Assembly: GCA_000004695.1 (NCBI GenBank)
Contig: CM000150.2
Location: forward strand, 1,760,001-1,824,000
From: Dictyostelium discoideum
Lineage: Eukaryota
Direction of reading: 5' to 3'
DNA length: 64,000 bases
Numbering within the stretch: the first letter of the stretch is position 1; each line of letters begins with the position of its first letter. The position numbers were made by a program, and so were the translations under genes. The notes beneath the pieces were generated by a model that did not search any database, was not told where the DNA came from, and saw only the letters and a program-made list of their open reading frames with translations. Shown piece after piece: positions 51,084-64,000 of the stretch.

Positions 51084-54000
51084 ATAATTAATATTTTATC
51101 CTGTTGTGATATATTTGAATATTTAAAACATTCATCTTTAATATGTGAATAAAGTTTATTAAGGCAAAGTAATGATGATTGTTTTGATTGAGAATCATTC
51201 AAGTTTTGAGTGATTAATGGAATAACCACTTTAAGGTTTCCACAAACCGATGCTCCATTCTTGTCAATAATTGATGCCATAACATTTAAAACTTCAACAC
51301 GAGTTCTCCAATTTTGTGATGTAACCATTTCAATTGCAAATCTAAATAAAACATTTGGTAAACAAAGTTCTTCCAATTGTTGAATCGATTGTTTAAAGAT
51401 CTGTTTGATTTGTTCATTGGTTGCACTACCTGATTTCTCCAAAAGTATTGGTACCAAACATGATGCTTCATACTCTCCAATCGAGTATTCAGAATCTATC
51501 AATTTATTCAATAATATTTCCAATATCTTTAAAACCCTCTTTTGACTAGCCAAGCCAGTATCAAATAATTTAAATGTTATCCATCTAAATAAAATATCCA
51601 ATACTGATATGATTGCCTCTGGGTTTTGTTCAATCATACCAATCATTAAATCTGACATATGTTGTGAATTTGATGGTAAACTTGAAAACATTAAATTTGC
51701 AAATTCCTCTGTAAAACATTGTAAAACTTGATCTTGAAGTATCTCTACTACCTCTTCAGTTGGTTCAATAAAATGCCAACTTGGTATTTGATTGGTTTTT
51801 TGTCTATTCATTTTACCATTAATATCAAATATTATAAATTCACAATTACTTGCTCCATTATTTGATTGTAAAATTGATCTACGTTGTTGTTGTTGTTGTT
51901 GTTGTTGTGGTTGAGTTGGTTGTTGTTGTTGTTGTTGTTGTTGTTGTCTTATTGGTTGTGGTGAAGATGGTGTTGAAGATTGTTGTGAAGTAGTTGATGA
52001 TGATGATGATGATGATGAAGTTGATTGTTTTGTTTTTGAAGGTGGTGGAATTGGTTGACCAGTTTTTTGATAATATTTATCAAGTATTGTTTGAATTGAT
52101 GGCTGACTAGCAGGTTTAACATGTTTTAATTCTTTTTTAAATTCAATTAGTGGTATTTGAGTACAAAGTATTGATAATAAATTATCAGCTAATGAACGAA
52201 TTTCAGCAGATTTATCTTGTAAACATGAAATGATACCTTTTGCCAATGTATTGATTTCTGATGGTATAGGTGCAGCTTTCATATTGGTAACATTTACAAT
52301 TGTCCAAGCTAATGATTCCTTACGAGTGAATGCAGATTCTTGAATCATTGGTGCTGCCAATGAACCAATGAAAACATCGAATCCCAAATCGGATTGAACT
52401 ATTACATTCATACAACTAATGACAGCATCTCTGACGGGTTTCTTTGAATCACCCAACAACAATAGAATTCCTGGTATCAATAGACGAGCATGCTTTTCAA
52501 ATGATTGACCACCCATTGCCTGTGAAAGCATACCAATGATATTCAATGTTGTAATGGTACATTTCTGATTATTATCGGTCAATCTATTCTTTAAAGCAGG
52601 TATTAGTCCACCCAATTTTGGTTGAATCTTTCTATTGGCATCAATGATAATCCTCTCAATCTCATCCAATGCATCTGAACGAGTTTTCCAATTGGCATCG
52701 GATAGATTAGTGATAATGGCTGGTGTTAACTTTACAGAGATATCAACTCTTGGGAATTCGATTTGAACTGGTGCTGAACCTGGTGGTGGCATACCCTTCC
52801 ATTGTCTATTTGGTACTGGTGGTTTTTGGTCACGTATTTTTTGAAATTCCCTATCGAGTACCTCCATCGTTGGTTTCTTTACATCACCTAAAAAATCGGT
52901 TAAAGTAGCTCCAATATTGATTTTAATTGTACATAATAATTTAATTGCTGATTTTTTTACATCTGGATTCGTAGATTCTAAACATTGTTTAGTATAATCT
53001 AACAATGGTTTCAATTGTTGAATACCATTCGAGCAACATCCAATACCAAATTCATCAATTGCTTGTTGAATCCAAACCAAAGAGTCTGCAATGATCTTTG
53101 GATTCTTATGATTGCTTGTAAATTGATAAATTGATGTGAACACTGCATGAGGTGTTATCGACTCACCTGTTGAAAATAATAATTCACTAGAGATCTCTTT
53201 TAATTTAACATCTGTTAACTTCTCTATACATGTGGTTAAATAACTATTAGCACAACGTTGTTGAGTGAAATTTGAATCATTCTTACAACATTGAATGAAT
53301 ATTGAAAATATACTTGATAAAACTTGAAAATTGGATTCTTTTAAACTTGGTTTATCACATAATAATTGTATAATCGATTCAGACATACCATTGATTGAAT
53401 CTGCTGTTAAACCTTTAACATTCTCTAAAATATCATCAACTGCTTGTAATCTATCTTTCCATTGAGTTTTACCTAATCCTTCAATAATTTCATTATTTAC
53501 TATACCTGCTCCGATTAATTTATTTTTAATATCATCTGATGATGATGGTGGTGGTGGTAATGGTGAAGAATTTGATGATCTTCCTGTTGGTGTAGTTGTT
53601 GATGATGATTTTGAATTACCTGTTGCTGCTGCTGGTTTTTTATTACTACTACTAACTGGTAAATCAATATCTTTTAAATCAACAGGCGCCAATGGTTGTG
53701 GTGTTATTGTAACTGGTGTTGCAACTGCTGGCATATTATCTTTAATTTTCTTTGCTTTAATTGGATCGATTTGATTTAGATATGGTGTCATTGCTCTCTC
53801 ACCAATGATACCACCCAATGCAGCGAATGCTTTAGATGCATTATCTCTAATATTGCTATCAGTATCATTTAATGCCTCCATGAAAATCTTTGTCAATTGT
53901 TTAGTTACTTTAGTGATATCAGCTGGTTTCTTTGTATTGGTGATTGAATTACAAATGAATACCAATACCTCTTGTTTAATTTGTGGTACTTTTGATTGCA

Positions 54001-55129
54001 TAGTCGCTGTAAGTTCATCGATAATATCTGATAATGAAATTGATTTTCCAACTAAACTATCCATTGTAGTATGAACTGATTGTAAAACACTTGTCTTTTT
54101 CTCTTTAAATTTCTCTAAAATTGGTGTTATAAATGGTTTAACATAACTTGTAAATCCACCTCTTAATGAATCTGCTAATAAACCAATTGAAACAACTGCT
54201 TTTTGTACAATCATAACATTAACATCTGCTAAAATCTAAAATAGATTTATTAAAAAAAAAAAAATTAAATTAATAAAAATTAAATTCTCTCTGACATATA
54301 TATTTTTTTTAAAAAAAATATTACTTTTTTTAAAGCTTTACAAAGTTCACTAAAATCAGCAGTTTCAATTTTAGGTGTATTTGTTAAAATTGTTACTAAT
54401 TTATCCATTTGTTCAGATCTTTCTTGCCATTTTTTAGCTTGTAAACCTTCATAAAATTCACTTGTTAATTTTGGTAAAATATTAACTGCTGTCATTAATG
54501 AATATGGATCAATTTCTTCAACAACTTCTGGTTCTATAATGAATTTAAAAATAAATAAATAAGCAATTAATATATATATATATTGTGAACTATTTTATAA
54601 AAACTAAATTAGTACTTACTTGCTTGAATACCTTTTGAAGCATTTGCCAATGCTTTTGCAGCTTCAGAACGTGTATATTTTAAAGGTACAGCAGGATCAG
54701 TTGGTAATTTTTCAAATTGATCTTGAAGTGCTTTTAATTGAATTGGAGTTAACGCTTCACTAATTAATGGTATTAATGCTTTACCAATCCAACGATAAAT
54801 TTCAATGAATAATTCAGATGCTTGATCTCTAATACCCTTATCTCTATTCTCAAACCATGGTGAAAATTGTTTCAATATAAGTTTAACTGGTATTTGTTTT
54901 GGTCCAAATGTTTTCAATGCTTGAGTTAACGCTGCTAATGATGCTAATAATATCTTTGGTGAGGTTGATGATGTACCTTTCAACAATGCTTCAACTACTG
55001 GTTCCGCTGAATCTGCTTCAATCGTCAATAACAAACATTCAATTGTTTTCTCCTTTGCTCTCGGTCTAGTTGATGCAAATAATTTTTCAACTAATACACC
55101 AACATAACTTGCTGCGAATCTTTTTATTA

Positions 55130-55170
<41 letters not shown>

Positions 55171-55492
55171 ATACAAAATATTTATTAGTATATATATAGA
55201 GAGAGAGAGAGAGGGAGAGAGGAGAGTAGTATTTATTTACTTACTTATTAACACAATCACATCTATCTATAAATGCTGATAAAGGTTCCAATGCTCTTTC
55301 TTGTGACATTGGATTGATATCAGCCAGAATCTTTTTAAATTGAGGCCCCCATTCATTGAATAATGGACCACTACCTTCAATACTATTTCTAAATTTAGTT
55401 GTTAATTCTTCTAAACCACTCACTCTCCATTTCCAATTCTTATGGTTAATTCTATCCTCTATTGATCCTGATGGTGCTTCTTCATCTCCCAT
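49151..55492 (-). CDS. mtaA: XMAP215/Dis1/ch-TOG family microtubule polymerase (Dictyostelium centrosomal protein DdCP224). Four exons, approximately 55492-55245, 55119-54619, 54533-54325 and 54235-49151
   Basis: The N-terminus MGDEEAPSGSIEDRINHKNWKWRVSGLEEL matches the XMAP215 family start (MGDDSEW...HKLWKAR.SGYEE). TOG/HEAT-repeat blocks run throughout, with polyQ, polyN, polyT and polyS linkers. The total is about 2010 aa, in line with the known DdCP224 at roughly 2013 aa. The donors are GTAAGT, GTAAGT and GTAATA, and the acceptors AAAAAG, TTATAG and TTTTAG, in phase. Confidence 0.8.
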
Positions 55493-55567
55493 AATTTTAT
55501 ATTATATATTTATTTTTTGTTTTTCTTTATTTCTATTGGTTTTTTTTTTTTTTAATATATTTACAAG

Positions 55568-55620
<53 letters not shown>

Positions 55621-56265
55621 TATTTTATTATTTCAAAATTTCTATTCGCTTTTTTTAAAACATAGCCATAAATTTTAAAAAAAAAAAAAAAAATAAAGGA
55701 ATGGCCAATTTATAAAAAAAAAATTAGAAAATTAAATTTTTTTTTTTTTTTTTTTTTTTTTCAAAGACGCGCTTTTTCAAATTAAAGAAAAAAAAAAAAA
55801 ACAAAAACAACCCCCAACTAGTTCAATAAATAATTTAAATAAATAAAAGTCAAAATTAAATGAAAAAAATGAAAAAAAAAAAAAATAAATAAAAAATAAA
55901 AAATAAATAAATCTTAAAAAAAAAAAAAAAAATATCTTAATAAACGAAACATTTAAAACACTGTTTTTTTTATATTTTAATATTTTTTTTTTTTTATTTT
56001 TTTTTTATTTATTATCAATTTCTTTATTACTTGAATCGAAGATAGAAAATGATAATTTATTACAAGTGATCCATTTTTATTTTTTTTATCTTATTTGTTA
56101 TGATTGTTTCTTTTTTTTTTTTAAATTATTGAAATTGATTTAGTGTGTTTTTTTTTTTTTTTTTGTTTTTATAATTCATTAAACTATAAATACATATTTT
56201 TTTTTTTTTTTTTTTTTTTTTTTATATATTATTAAATTTTTGATTATATATTATTTAAAAAAAAT

Positions 56266-56778
56266 TTAAGCAGAAACACCACAAGCAAATGCCATTTGTT
56301 GATAAGTTTCCAAACCAATTAAAGCGACAGCTTTTGCATTTTCCTCTTGAGCATCATTGTAGAGTTGAGTGTAACGAGCTAAACCATTTTTAACTTCCTC
56401 TGCATCTAATTGGTCGATTGGGACGGCTTCGATGGTGTTGATGTAACATGATGCATCTGGATTGACAAAAGCGAATCCACCACTGATAAAGAATTTCTCC
56501 AAGTCACCGTTTTCGTGATTGATTTGAATAACGCCTGGTTTGAGTTCAGCAATTCTTGGAACGTGGTTTTTGGCAACACCAAAAATACCTTTAGCACCTG
56601 GAAGTGTAACTAATTGTGCTTTCTTATCTTTATAGATGGTTTGGTGTGGTGATAATAATGAAAAAGTTAATAAATCACTGGTGGCTGATGCTTCAGTGGC
56701 AAAAAATCTTTTATTACTATTGATAGCAACGTTTGATTTTAATAAATTGTTGCTTGATTTAATAATTGATCTGATCAT
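56266..56778 (-). CDS. Mitochondrial F1-ATP synthase delta subunit (homologue of bacterial epsilon), 170 aa
   Basis: There is a predicted N-terminal mitochondrial presequence (MIRSIIKSSNNLLKSN...). This is followed by LTFSLLSPHQTIYKDKKAQLVTLPGAKGIFGVAKNHVPRIAELKPGVIQI and a C-terminal helical domain. It is a single exon. Confidence 0.8.
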   Translation of the reverse strand: MIRSIIKSSNNLLKSNVAINSNKRFFATEASATSDLLTFSLLSPHQTIYKDKKAQLVTLPGAKGIFGVAKNHVPRIAELKPGVIQINHENGDLEKFFISGGFAFVNPDASCYINTIEAVPIDQLDAEEVKNGLARYTQLYNDAQEENAKAVALIGLETYQQMAFACGVSA

Positions 56779-57169
56779 TCTTTGTTATTGACGTTTTTTT
56801 ATATGAGTTGAATAATGAACTCGAATTTTATGCTATGTTTCAAAAAAAAAAAAAAAAAAAAAAAATTAAAAAAAATTAAAAAAAAAAAAATAAAAAATAA
56901 AAAAAAAATGAAAAAATTAATAAAAAAAAAAAAAAATTCAAAAAAAAAAAAAATAAAAAAAAATTCAAAAAAAAAATTATTTCGCTCACATAAAAATTTT
57001 TGGCTATGGACTTCGTACTTTCATCAAAAAAAAAAATATATAAAAAAAAAAATAAAAATAAATAAAAAAATAAATATAACTATCTAAATAAATCAATTTT
57101 ATAATTATTTTACATTAAATTCTTTTTTTCTTTGTCTATTCTTTATTATTTTAAATTTTTTTCTTTTGT

Positions 57170-57202
<33 letters not shown>

Positions 57203-57392
57203 GTATAAAAAAAAAAAAGATAAAATTTTAAAAAGATATTACATGTTTTATTTTTATTTATTTTAACATATGTTTTTGTTTTTTTTTTGTATTTTTTTTT
57301 TTTTTTTTTAAAAAACAAAAAATATGCTTTGGAAGTTGCGTGGTGATCAGTTCAAAATATCGTTTTACAATTAAGTGTGGAAAATGTAAAAA

Positions 57393-57431
<39 letters not shown>

Positions 57432-58373
57432 GGTAATTTTATAAAAATAACAAATAACAATGGTGTTGTGCAAAATGTCTAATAAAATAAAAAAAAAATT
57501 AAAAAAAAAATCAAAAGTTTGGCGTTTTCCCAAGCGTTTTTAAATTTTGGTTTCGAAAATCATTTTGTTTTATATTTTTTTTTTTTGTTTTGGATTTTTT
57601 TTTTGCGTCTTTTAATCTGAGCTGATCGTAAAATGGAGAAAAAAACAGTGAATGAAAATAAAAAAAAAAAAAAAAAAAAAATGTAATTTTGGTTTTTTAA
57701 TAAAATTCATTGCAAAACAAATCCAAATAATTTGATAATCTAGATTAGCCAATTTTAAATTACAATTTTTGTCACTTTTTTTCATGGTTTTTAAAACCTA
57801 TCTAGATTTTTATTTGGATATTTTTTTCTACTTCTTTATTTATTTTTAATTATTTTTCATTTTTTTTAACAAAAAAAAAAAAAAAAAAAAAAAAAAAAGT
57901 GCAGTTAGAAAAAGTTATTTTTTTTTTTATTTTTTATTTTTTTCCTCCATTTCTAAACAAATTGTACCAACATTAAAAAAATATATAAATAATAAAAAAA
58001 AAAACAAACTTAAAAAAAAAAAAAAAAAAAAAATCGTTTTAATAAATTAAAAACGACACCAAACATTCAATCTTTTTTTTTTTTTTTTTTTTTTTTTTGA
58101 ATGGGAATAAATCAACATTCAATCAAAAAATATTTATTATTATTTTTTTTTTCCCATTTAACTTTTTTTTTTTTTAAATAAATAATAATTAAAATAATTA
58201 AATATGGGATTTTTTTTTTTTTTTTTCCAAAAAATTATTTAAAATTTATTTTGTATTAAATAAATAATAAATAAATAAATAAAATAAAATAAATAACTTA
58301 AATAAAAATAAAAAATAATTTAAAAATTAAAAATAAATAATTAAAAAAAAAAAAAAAAAAAAAAAATTGTTAG

Positions 58374-58983
58374 ATTTGTAATATTACTTTTTTTTATAAT
58401 ATTTTTTGGAAATGTATTTTCTCAAACTATATCAATTCAAAATCCACAAAATCTACATTGGTACCAAGTTTATAATGATCTACAAGATGGTATTAATGCA
58501 ACTTTAATATGTTCACAAAAAACATTTACAGATTCTACAACTGGTGAAGTTTTAAGAGGGTAATTTTATAATTATTAAATCTAAAATAAAAAATAAAAAA
58601 TTAAAATTAAAATTGAAAAATGATCTAATAAAAATAAAAAATTTAATAGATACTTAGCAACATTTACATCTGAGGAAGAATGGAATTGGGCAACTGCAAA
58701 TAATGTTGTTAAAGCTGCTGCATGGTTAAGTGGTAGTGATGGAATAAAAACAGGTGTTTGGGCATGGTCAAATGGATCACCAGAAGGTGGTCAACCAATG
58801 TATAATCTTTACTTTGATAAATGTTACACATTTTGTTTATTTGGTAATGTTGAACCAAATTTAATTCTTAATGAACATTGGGTTCATACTTCTGGTAGTA
58901 ATGGTGTTGCATATTGGTAAGAATTTTTTACTTTTATTAAATTTATTTATTTAAATTTTTTATTAATTTTTATTTTATAAAAA

Positions 58984-59038
<55 letters not shown>

Positions 59039-59721
59039 GGAATAATAATAATTATAAAGCATCAATTCCAAATTATATTTGTGAATTTGGTGGATTGGAA
59101 GAACCATTTATTCCAACTTCACCAACACAAGGTTCAAAAGTAATTGTATCAAATTTATCAGCATATAAGATTGCAAGTTTAAAAATCACTTTTACTAGTC
59201 GTGATACCAGTTCAACATTTTTATGTAGTGGTATCACACAAATTAATTCAACCCATGCTTATTGTAATATACCAGTTGGTCAAGGTAAATATAAATATGT
59301 AGTTACTGATGGAATTAAAACAAGTAAAGTTCAATATTGGCATTATGAACGTAAGTAAATTTAAATTATATTAAATAATAATAACAATAATAATAATAAT
59401 ATACTAATAATATATTTTATTAGTACCATATGTTGGTGGAGTTTTTACAGCATTTACAGCTGGTCAAACAGTTACAATTACAGGTGCAAATTTTGGTACT
59501 GATAATAGTAAAATTTCAATTGTTTTAGGTGGATCACCAAATGTAACTTGTAATTCAATTAAAATAACTCAAGCTCATGAAGCTTTAACATGTGTTTTAG
59601 GTGGAACAATTACTGAAAAGTTTTTACCAGTTACTATTGATGTATCTGGATCTAGATTTATATCTTATAAAGCAGCTGTTTGTAAGTTTTAATTTTTAAT
59701 TTTTTTTTTTTCTTTTAAGTT

Positions 59722-59757
<36 letters not shown>

Positions 59758-62700
59758 AAAAAAAAAGATTATCCAACAAATTTTAGATATTATTCAGGTT
59801 TTGTTAGTTCATCAACATTTGATCTTTCAATGAATAATTATAGTGCTCAATTAAGAGTTGATGGTCAAGTTGGTCATATTGGTGTATTTGATTCACAAGC
59901 TTTAGCAACATTTATTGCAGCATCTTTACCAATACCAGTTACTAAACTCGAATGGTTATTATGGCAAAATGTGTATTATGATCCAGCAGTAGCTTCATTT
60001 AAATATTTAACAGGCCCAAAAAAGAATACAAATTGTCCATTATATTATACAAATACAGCAATTGATAAATCATCATGGAGTACAGCAACAAGATTTATTA
60101 TTTTTGCAAATAATTTCACAATAATGGCTTATGGAGGTAGTGCAAGTACATTTACAGAATTTGGTGGTGAAGGTCCAACTTTTACATATCCAAATAAAGT
60201 TTATTATGTTAGTCCAGCCGGTGGAGTTGTAAATTTACAAATCGATAATTATGGTACAGTTTTCAGTCAGATTGTTGTAACTTTTAATCAAGTAACTCAA
60301 GTTCCATTTGTAAGAGATTTCATTGCTGGTGAATTAGACACTACTATTCCTGCAGGATTTGATGGTCCATATAGTATTAGTGTTAAAGTTGATGATTTAA
60401 CAACACCACCAAATACTCAAAGTATTCAATATTATGCACCAGTTATTAAATCAATCACTAGAATTCCAACTACTGGTGGCCTTGTAACTATTAGTGGTGA
60501 TTATTTTTCAAATGTTATAACAAATTCAATAATTACATTTGGTTCAATTCAATGTATTAATCCTGCAATGCTAACTGCTTATAGTGCAATGACATGTACA
60601 TTACCAGCTGGAACAGGACAACAATCTGTAACACTTCAAGTTAGTAAACAAATATCCCCAGCTTACCTTTATTCATACGCTTCACCAGTGATTACAAGTG
60701 CTAATAATGTTCCAAATATTGGTGGTTCTTTAACAATTGATGGTACAAATTTCGGTACTAATCCAGCTGTTATTAAAGTTACCGTTGGTTCTTATTCATG
60801 TGGTAATGTTGCAATGGTAACACCACAAACTAGAATCACTTGTGTTATGCCATTGGCAACTGCTACAAATTATAATTTGGTTGTTACAGTTTCAAATCTT
60901 GATTCAAATGCTTATCCAATGTATGTTTTCACATCTGCTCGTGGAATTACTCAAGTTGGCGCCGATATAACTATTGAAGGTACTGGTATGCCAAGTACAT
61001 CATTACTTAGCATTTTATTAGGTTCGGTTAATATTTCAACCTATTGTAACGGTGGTGGTAGTGAAATTAAATGTATAAATTTACCAACCTCTGTAGTTAG
61101 TGGTAATTTACAAATGAGTAAAGGTACTACCGATATTTATCCAGTGATTGCATTTACATTATCACCTTATATCTCTGCAATTTCAAATCAAATGTTAGAC
61201 ACAATATCAAGTACAACCATAACTTTAACAGGTCGTTATTTTGAATCTAAAACATTTGAAACTACAAATACAATTGTAGTAGCTCAAGATGGTGAAACAT
61301 TACCAAGTAGTTCATATAAATTAATTAATCCTCAAACAATGGAAGTTTATATTAATGGTGGTTTTGGTGCTAATCATATTTTATATATTTTGGTTGGTGC
61401 TAGATCATCGAATGGAGCAATTTACTCTTTCTTTGCACCAGAATTAATATCAATTTCACAAGTTGGAAGTAAAGTGACAGTATCTGGTAGAAACTTTAGT
61501 AGTGATCCTTCTTTTACAACTTTAACATTTGGTGCTTATAAACCAACTTTAACTTTAATCAATAGTAATACAATAACTTTTGATACAACATCAGTGTCTA
61601 GAAATGGTGATGTTTACGTTTCAGTATTAAATCAAAAATCAAATACACTTAATTTTAGATTAACTCCATCCTTAGATTCACAAATTTTACCAAAACCAAA
61701 TATAAATGGTCCAACTCCAATTACAATTACCGGTCAATATTTATATAAAGTAGATGCAACTGGTAAAGCAATTGCCTTGGATTTCTATTATCAATTTACA
61801 ACCGTTGAGAATACACCAGCAAAATTATTAGATTGTACTTCATCTGTTGAGAATAAATATGTTTGTAGTATGGTTTCAGGTTATGGTTATTTCAATATTT
61901 ATGCAATTAGTGATGGTACAATTAAAACTAATGTAATTAGTGGTTTACAATATGTTTCACCAATTGTTGGTAATGTTTCATCCATTTATTATCAAGAACC
62001 TGGTATTGTTAAAGTTAATGTTTCAAATATTGCAACTGGTCAAACTAAAATTAGTATTGGTGGTGATGATTGTTCAAGTGTTACAATTATCGATTCAAAT
62101 ACTGCTCAATGTTATTTCCAAGCAAATACTCTCTACCCAGAAGGAAAAAATTCATTAAATTTATCAGTTGTATCTGCTGGTTTAAGTGGTTATAATGATA
62201 ATGCTTTTGTTTATCTTCCATTATTTTCATGCCCAAATGATTGTTCTGGACATGGTACTTGTGATCCAAAAACTGGTTTATGTCATTGTGATACAAATTG
62301 GAATAAAACTGATTGTTCAAATGATATGACTTTAATTGATTGTCCAAATAATTGTTCTGGTAATGGTGAATGTAATAGAAAAACTGGTTTATGTTCATGT
62401 ACTCAAGAATGGGAAGGTATTGATTGTTCAAATAGAACTTGTCCAAATAATTGTAATGGTAATAATGGTGAATGTAATGTTTTAACTGGTTTATGTTTAT
62501 GTACTCCAGAATGGGAAGGCATTGATTGTTCAAATAGAACTTGTCCAAATAATTGTAATGGTGAAAATGGTGAATGTAATGTTCTAACTGGTTTATGTTT
62601 ATGTACTCCAGAGTGGGAAGGTACCGATTGTTCAAATAGAACTTGTCCAAATAATTGTAATGGTAATAATGGTGAATGTAATGTTTTAACTGGTTTATGT

Positions 62701-64000
62701 TCATGCACTCCAGAATGGGAAGGTATCGATTGTTCAAATAGAACTTGTCCAAATAATTGTAATGGTGAAAATGGTGAATGTGATGTTTTAACTGGTTTAT
62801 GTTCATGTACTTTAGCTTGGGAAGGTATTGATTGTTCAAATAGAACCTGTCCAAATAATTGTAATGGTAATAATGGTGAATGTAATGTTTTAACTGGTTT
62901 ATGTTCATGTACTCAAGAATGGGAAGGTATCGATTGCTCAAATAGAACTTGTCCAAATAATTGTAATGGCGAAAATGGTGAATGTGATGTTTTAACTGGC
63001 TTATGTTCATGTACTCCAGAATGGGAGGGTATTGATTGTTCAAATAAAACTTGTCCCAATAATTGTAATGGCGAAAATGGTGAATGCAATATTTTAACTG
63101 GTTTATGTTCATGCACTCCAGAATGGGAAGGTATTGATTGTTCAAATAGAACTTGCCCAAATAATTGTAGTGGTGAAAATGGTCAATGTGATGTTCTAAC
63201 TGGTTTATGTTCATGTTTAAATGGATTTGAAGGTATTGATTGTTCTAATAAAACATGTCCAAATAATTGTTCAAATAATGGTCAATGTGATAAATCAAAT
63301 GGTAAATGTTTCTGTTATTCGAATTGGGGAGGAAGTGATTGTAGTATTGTAACCACACGAAAACCAGATCTTCCACCACCAATTATCGATGAAAATGGTC
63401 AAACTATTTTCCCAGGTATTAATTTAAATATCAGTGTTTCAATTACTCATTTACGTGAAATTGATATTAATGATGAATCAGTTAAAGTTTTAAGATTAAG
63501 AGATATTGTTTGGGTTGAAAGATCAAATATTTCATCAAATTATTTCTATTATAAAGGTACATTCAAAAATGATTCAGCAATATTTGAATTGGTTATTAAA
63601 TATTTCCAAAATGCCGATACAATTACATTTGCAGGTGAACAATTAGATATGCCTGATAACTCTATCAAATATCAAGTTACCATTTCAAATTGGGATTTCG
63701 CAAGTGAAACTAATAATTTACAAGCAGTCTATTACTCTAAAACCGGTTTAGTAACAAAACATAAATGTGATGAAATAGTTTCATCATCAATAGTTGGTAC
63801 CAATGATTATCAAATTAATACTGGCGAAGCAGAGTTTAATGCTAAATTTGCAAGTAAAGTAATTGTAGATAAAAACCTTTATTCCTCAACATATATTACT
63901 GCACTTCAATCAGATGATCCACTTTATAATGATATTGGTTCAAATGTAGATTCCGACTATAGTTTATTAACTGCAATTATGACTCCATATTTCCGTAAAC
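58374..64000 (+). CDS. Large extracellular protein with signal peptide, C-type lectin domain, multiple IPT/TIG domains and 11 tenascin-type EGF repeats. It is partial and continues past the window end. The exons are approximately 58374-58559, 58650-58916, 59040-59350, 59424-59681 and 59768 to beyond 64000. A short 5' exon carrying the ATG was not located
   Basis: Exon 2 encodes a hydrophobic leader (..FVILLFFIIFFGNVFSQ). Exon 3 is a CTLD (WNWA...WAWSNGSPEGG...EPN...W). The later exons encode repeated IPT-like units (GGVFTAFTAGQTVTITGANFGTDNS...). The 3' part has CPNNC.G.NGEC...TGLC.C...WEG.DCSN repeated 11 times. The donors are GTAATT, GTAAGA, GTAAGT and GTAAGT, in phase. The final exon is open to the window end, which explains why it is absent from the ORF track. 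Confidence 0.7.
62221..63330 (+). repeat. Tandem array of about 10-11 near-identical 108-bp units encoding EGF-like repeats
   Basis: Successive units differ by only a few substitutions (for example tgtccaaataattgtaatggtgaaaatggtgaatgt...ccagaatgggaaggtattgattgttcaaatagaact). The minus-strand 375-aa ORF across this region is a repeat artefact. Confidence 0.85.

Noticed and set aside
51286-55658. Short ORFs inside or antisense to the DdCP224 gene (51286-51480, 52723-52908, 53805-54074, 55070-55279, 55356-55658)
   Set aside because: They are overlapped by a long, well-supported TOG-domain ORF on the minus strand, or they lie in poly(A) or (ATT)n intron and promoter sequence.
56815-57533. Poly-K ORFs at 56815-57087 (plus) and 57258-57533 (minus)
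   Set aside because: These are homopolymer A/T runs in intergenic DNA.
62087-63214. 375-aa minus-strand ORF (plus ORFs at 62403-62708 and 62913-63116)
   Set aside because: This is an antisense artefact of the 108-bp EGF-repeat array. The plus strand encodes canonical EGF cysteine spacing and is continuous with the upstream IPT exons.

Overview
The window looks like Dictyostelium discoideum nuclear DNA, although the organism call is inferred from composition alone. It is about 78% A+T, with poly(A)/poly(T) intergenic tracts, short AT-rich introns of the form GTAAGT...AG, and coding (CAA)n and (AAT)n runs that give polyQ and polyN stretches. I see about 16 protein-coding genes. Those I can name with reasonable support are a Pat1-like decapping factor, a MYND+SET methyltransferase, an eIF2alpha-kinase-like Ser/Thr kinase, the XMAP215/Dis1-family microtubule polymerase DdCP224, and the mitochondrial ATP synthase delta subunit. 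The rest are a secreted Ser-rich 11-aa-repeat protein, two tandem secreted EGF-like paralogs, FNIP-repeat gene fragments, and a large C-type-lectin + IPT/TIG + EGF-repeat surface protein that runs off the 3' end of the window. There is one tRNA-Arg(ACG) gene with an external B-box-like motif about 25 bp downstream and a 5'-truncated retrotransposon tail with target-site duplication about 54 bp upstream. A roughly 22-kb nested cluster of tRNA-gene-targeted non-LTR retrotransposons follows: TRE5-A-like copies on the minus strand, and one intact plus two degenerate TRE3-like copies on the plus strand, with a 100-N assembly gap inside. No prokaryotic-style system (CRISPR, operons) is present. I found no single obviously novel system. 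The points most worth a second look are the apparently intact retroelement copy, a possible 1-bp frame discontinuity at the Pat1 start, isolated GC-rich G-box/CA-rich islands, and the homogenised coding tandem repeats. Note that the ORF track labels some non-ATG codons (TTG) as M, and it misses ORFs that run off the window end. Splice-site coordinates were derived by eye and may be off by 1-2 bp.
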